Positions 55,397 through 55,657 of a stretch of DNA of 55,657 nt are shown piece by piece. Location: IMG/VR virus record IMGVR_UViG_3300048796_000091, positions 1 to 55,657 of that record. One strand, 5' to 3'. A program made the position numbers and the translations under genes. The notes below the pieces were generated by a model. It was not told where the DNA came from and made no database searches. It saw only the letters and a list, made by a program, of their open reading frames with translations. How positions within the stretch are numbered: the stretch's first letter is position 1; every line of letters begins with the position of its first letter. This DNA comes from a virus. Taxonomy: Duplodnaviria > Caudoviricetes.

Positions 55397-55621
55397 TTAT
55401 TCTCCAATAATTTGTTCATTAATAATTTTTTCACCACAGAATGGACAGAAACTAAATACTATCCCTTTCTGTACATAATCTCCACTTTTAACTCCCCAAA
55501 AAACTCTTGTTTTTTCATGAGTAACCATATTTTGACATCCACTCCGCCCTAAAGGACAGAGATTCCTACTACTAGACGTGCATGCCCGCACGCGAAAACG
55601 AAAAATCGTTTTCTTATTCAA
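55397..55621 (-). CDS. small zinc-ribbon protein
   Basis: C-terminal FCPFCGEKI. Confidence 0.5.
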   Translation of the reverse strand: MNKKTIFRFRVRACTSSSRNLCPLGRSGCQNMVTHEKTRVFWGVKSGDYVQKGIVFSFCPFCGEKIINEQIIGE

Positions 55622-55657
55622 GATTCAGACCTACATTTAAGATTATTGGCAATATCA

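Noticed and set aside
1-55657. tRNA/rRNA genes or self-splicing introns
   Set aside because: Intergenic gaps are short and AT-rich with no cloverleaf or T-loop signature seen; terminase, sheath and neck genes are uninterrupted

Overview
AT-rich 55.7-kb segment of a large T4-related (probably jumbo) myophage; essentially all real genes are on the minus strand. Conserved core: UvsX recombinase (partial), gp32 SSB, large and probable small terminase, gp4-type head-completion nuclease, two tail-tube-fold proteins, tail sheath, gp13/gp14/gp15-type neck proteins and DHFR, plus T4-type late promoter boxes (ATAAATA), sigma70-like promoters and UUCG terminators. Three expanded paralog systems are interleaved with this core. 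(1) Thirteen unrelated or diverged proteins share a 10-aa N-terminal tag M[IL]TFK[QE][YF][LI]xE resembling the T4 capsid-targeting sequence. Ten of these, plus one with a variant leader, carry ADP-ribosyltransferase-like motifs; the other tagged cargoes are a P-loop kinase, an amidoligase-like enzyme and a small basic protein. This suggests a virion-packaged enzyme arsenal. (2) Thirteen capped 26-aa tandem-repeat proteins have a fixed scaffold, a few hypervariable positions and signs of recent DNA exchange. (3) Five small acidic proteins end in a W..SS..C motif directly upstream of a nucleotidyltransferase-like gene. Also present: an HNH-intein inserted at the catalytic Cys of a papain-like protease, a free-standing homing-endonuclease-like gene between sheath and tube, and a GC-richer 4.3-kb insert (GH18 hydrolase plus trypsin-like pseudo-protease) bounded by a ~108-bp direct repeat. 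No tRNA, rRNA or CRISPR array was seen. All family calls come from motif reading only; no searches were run.
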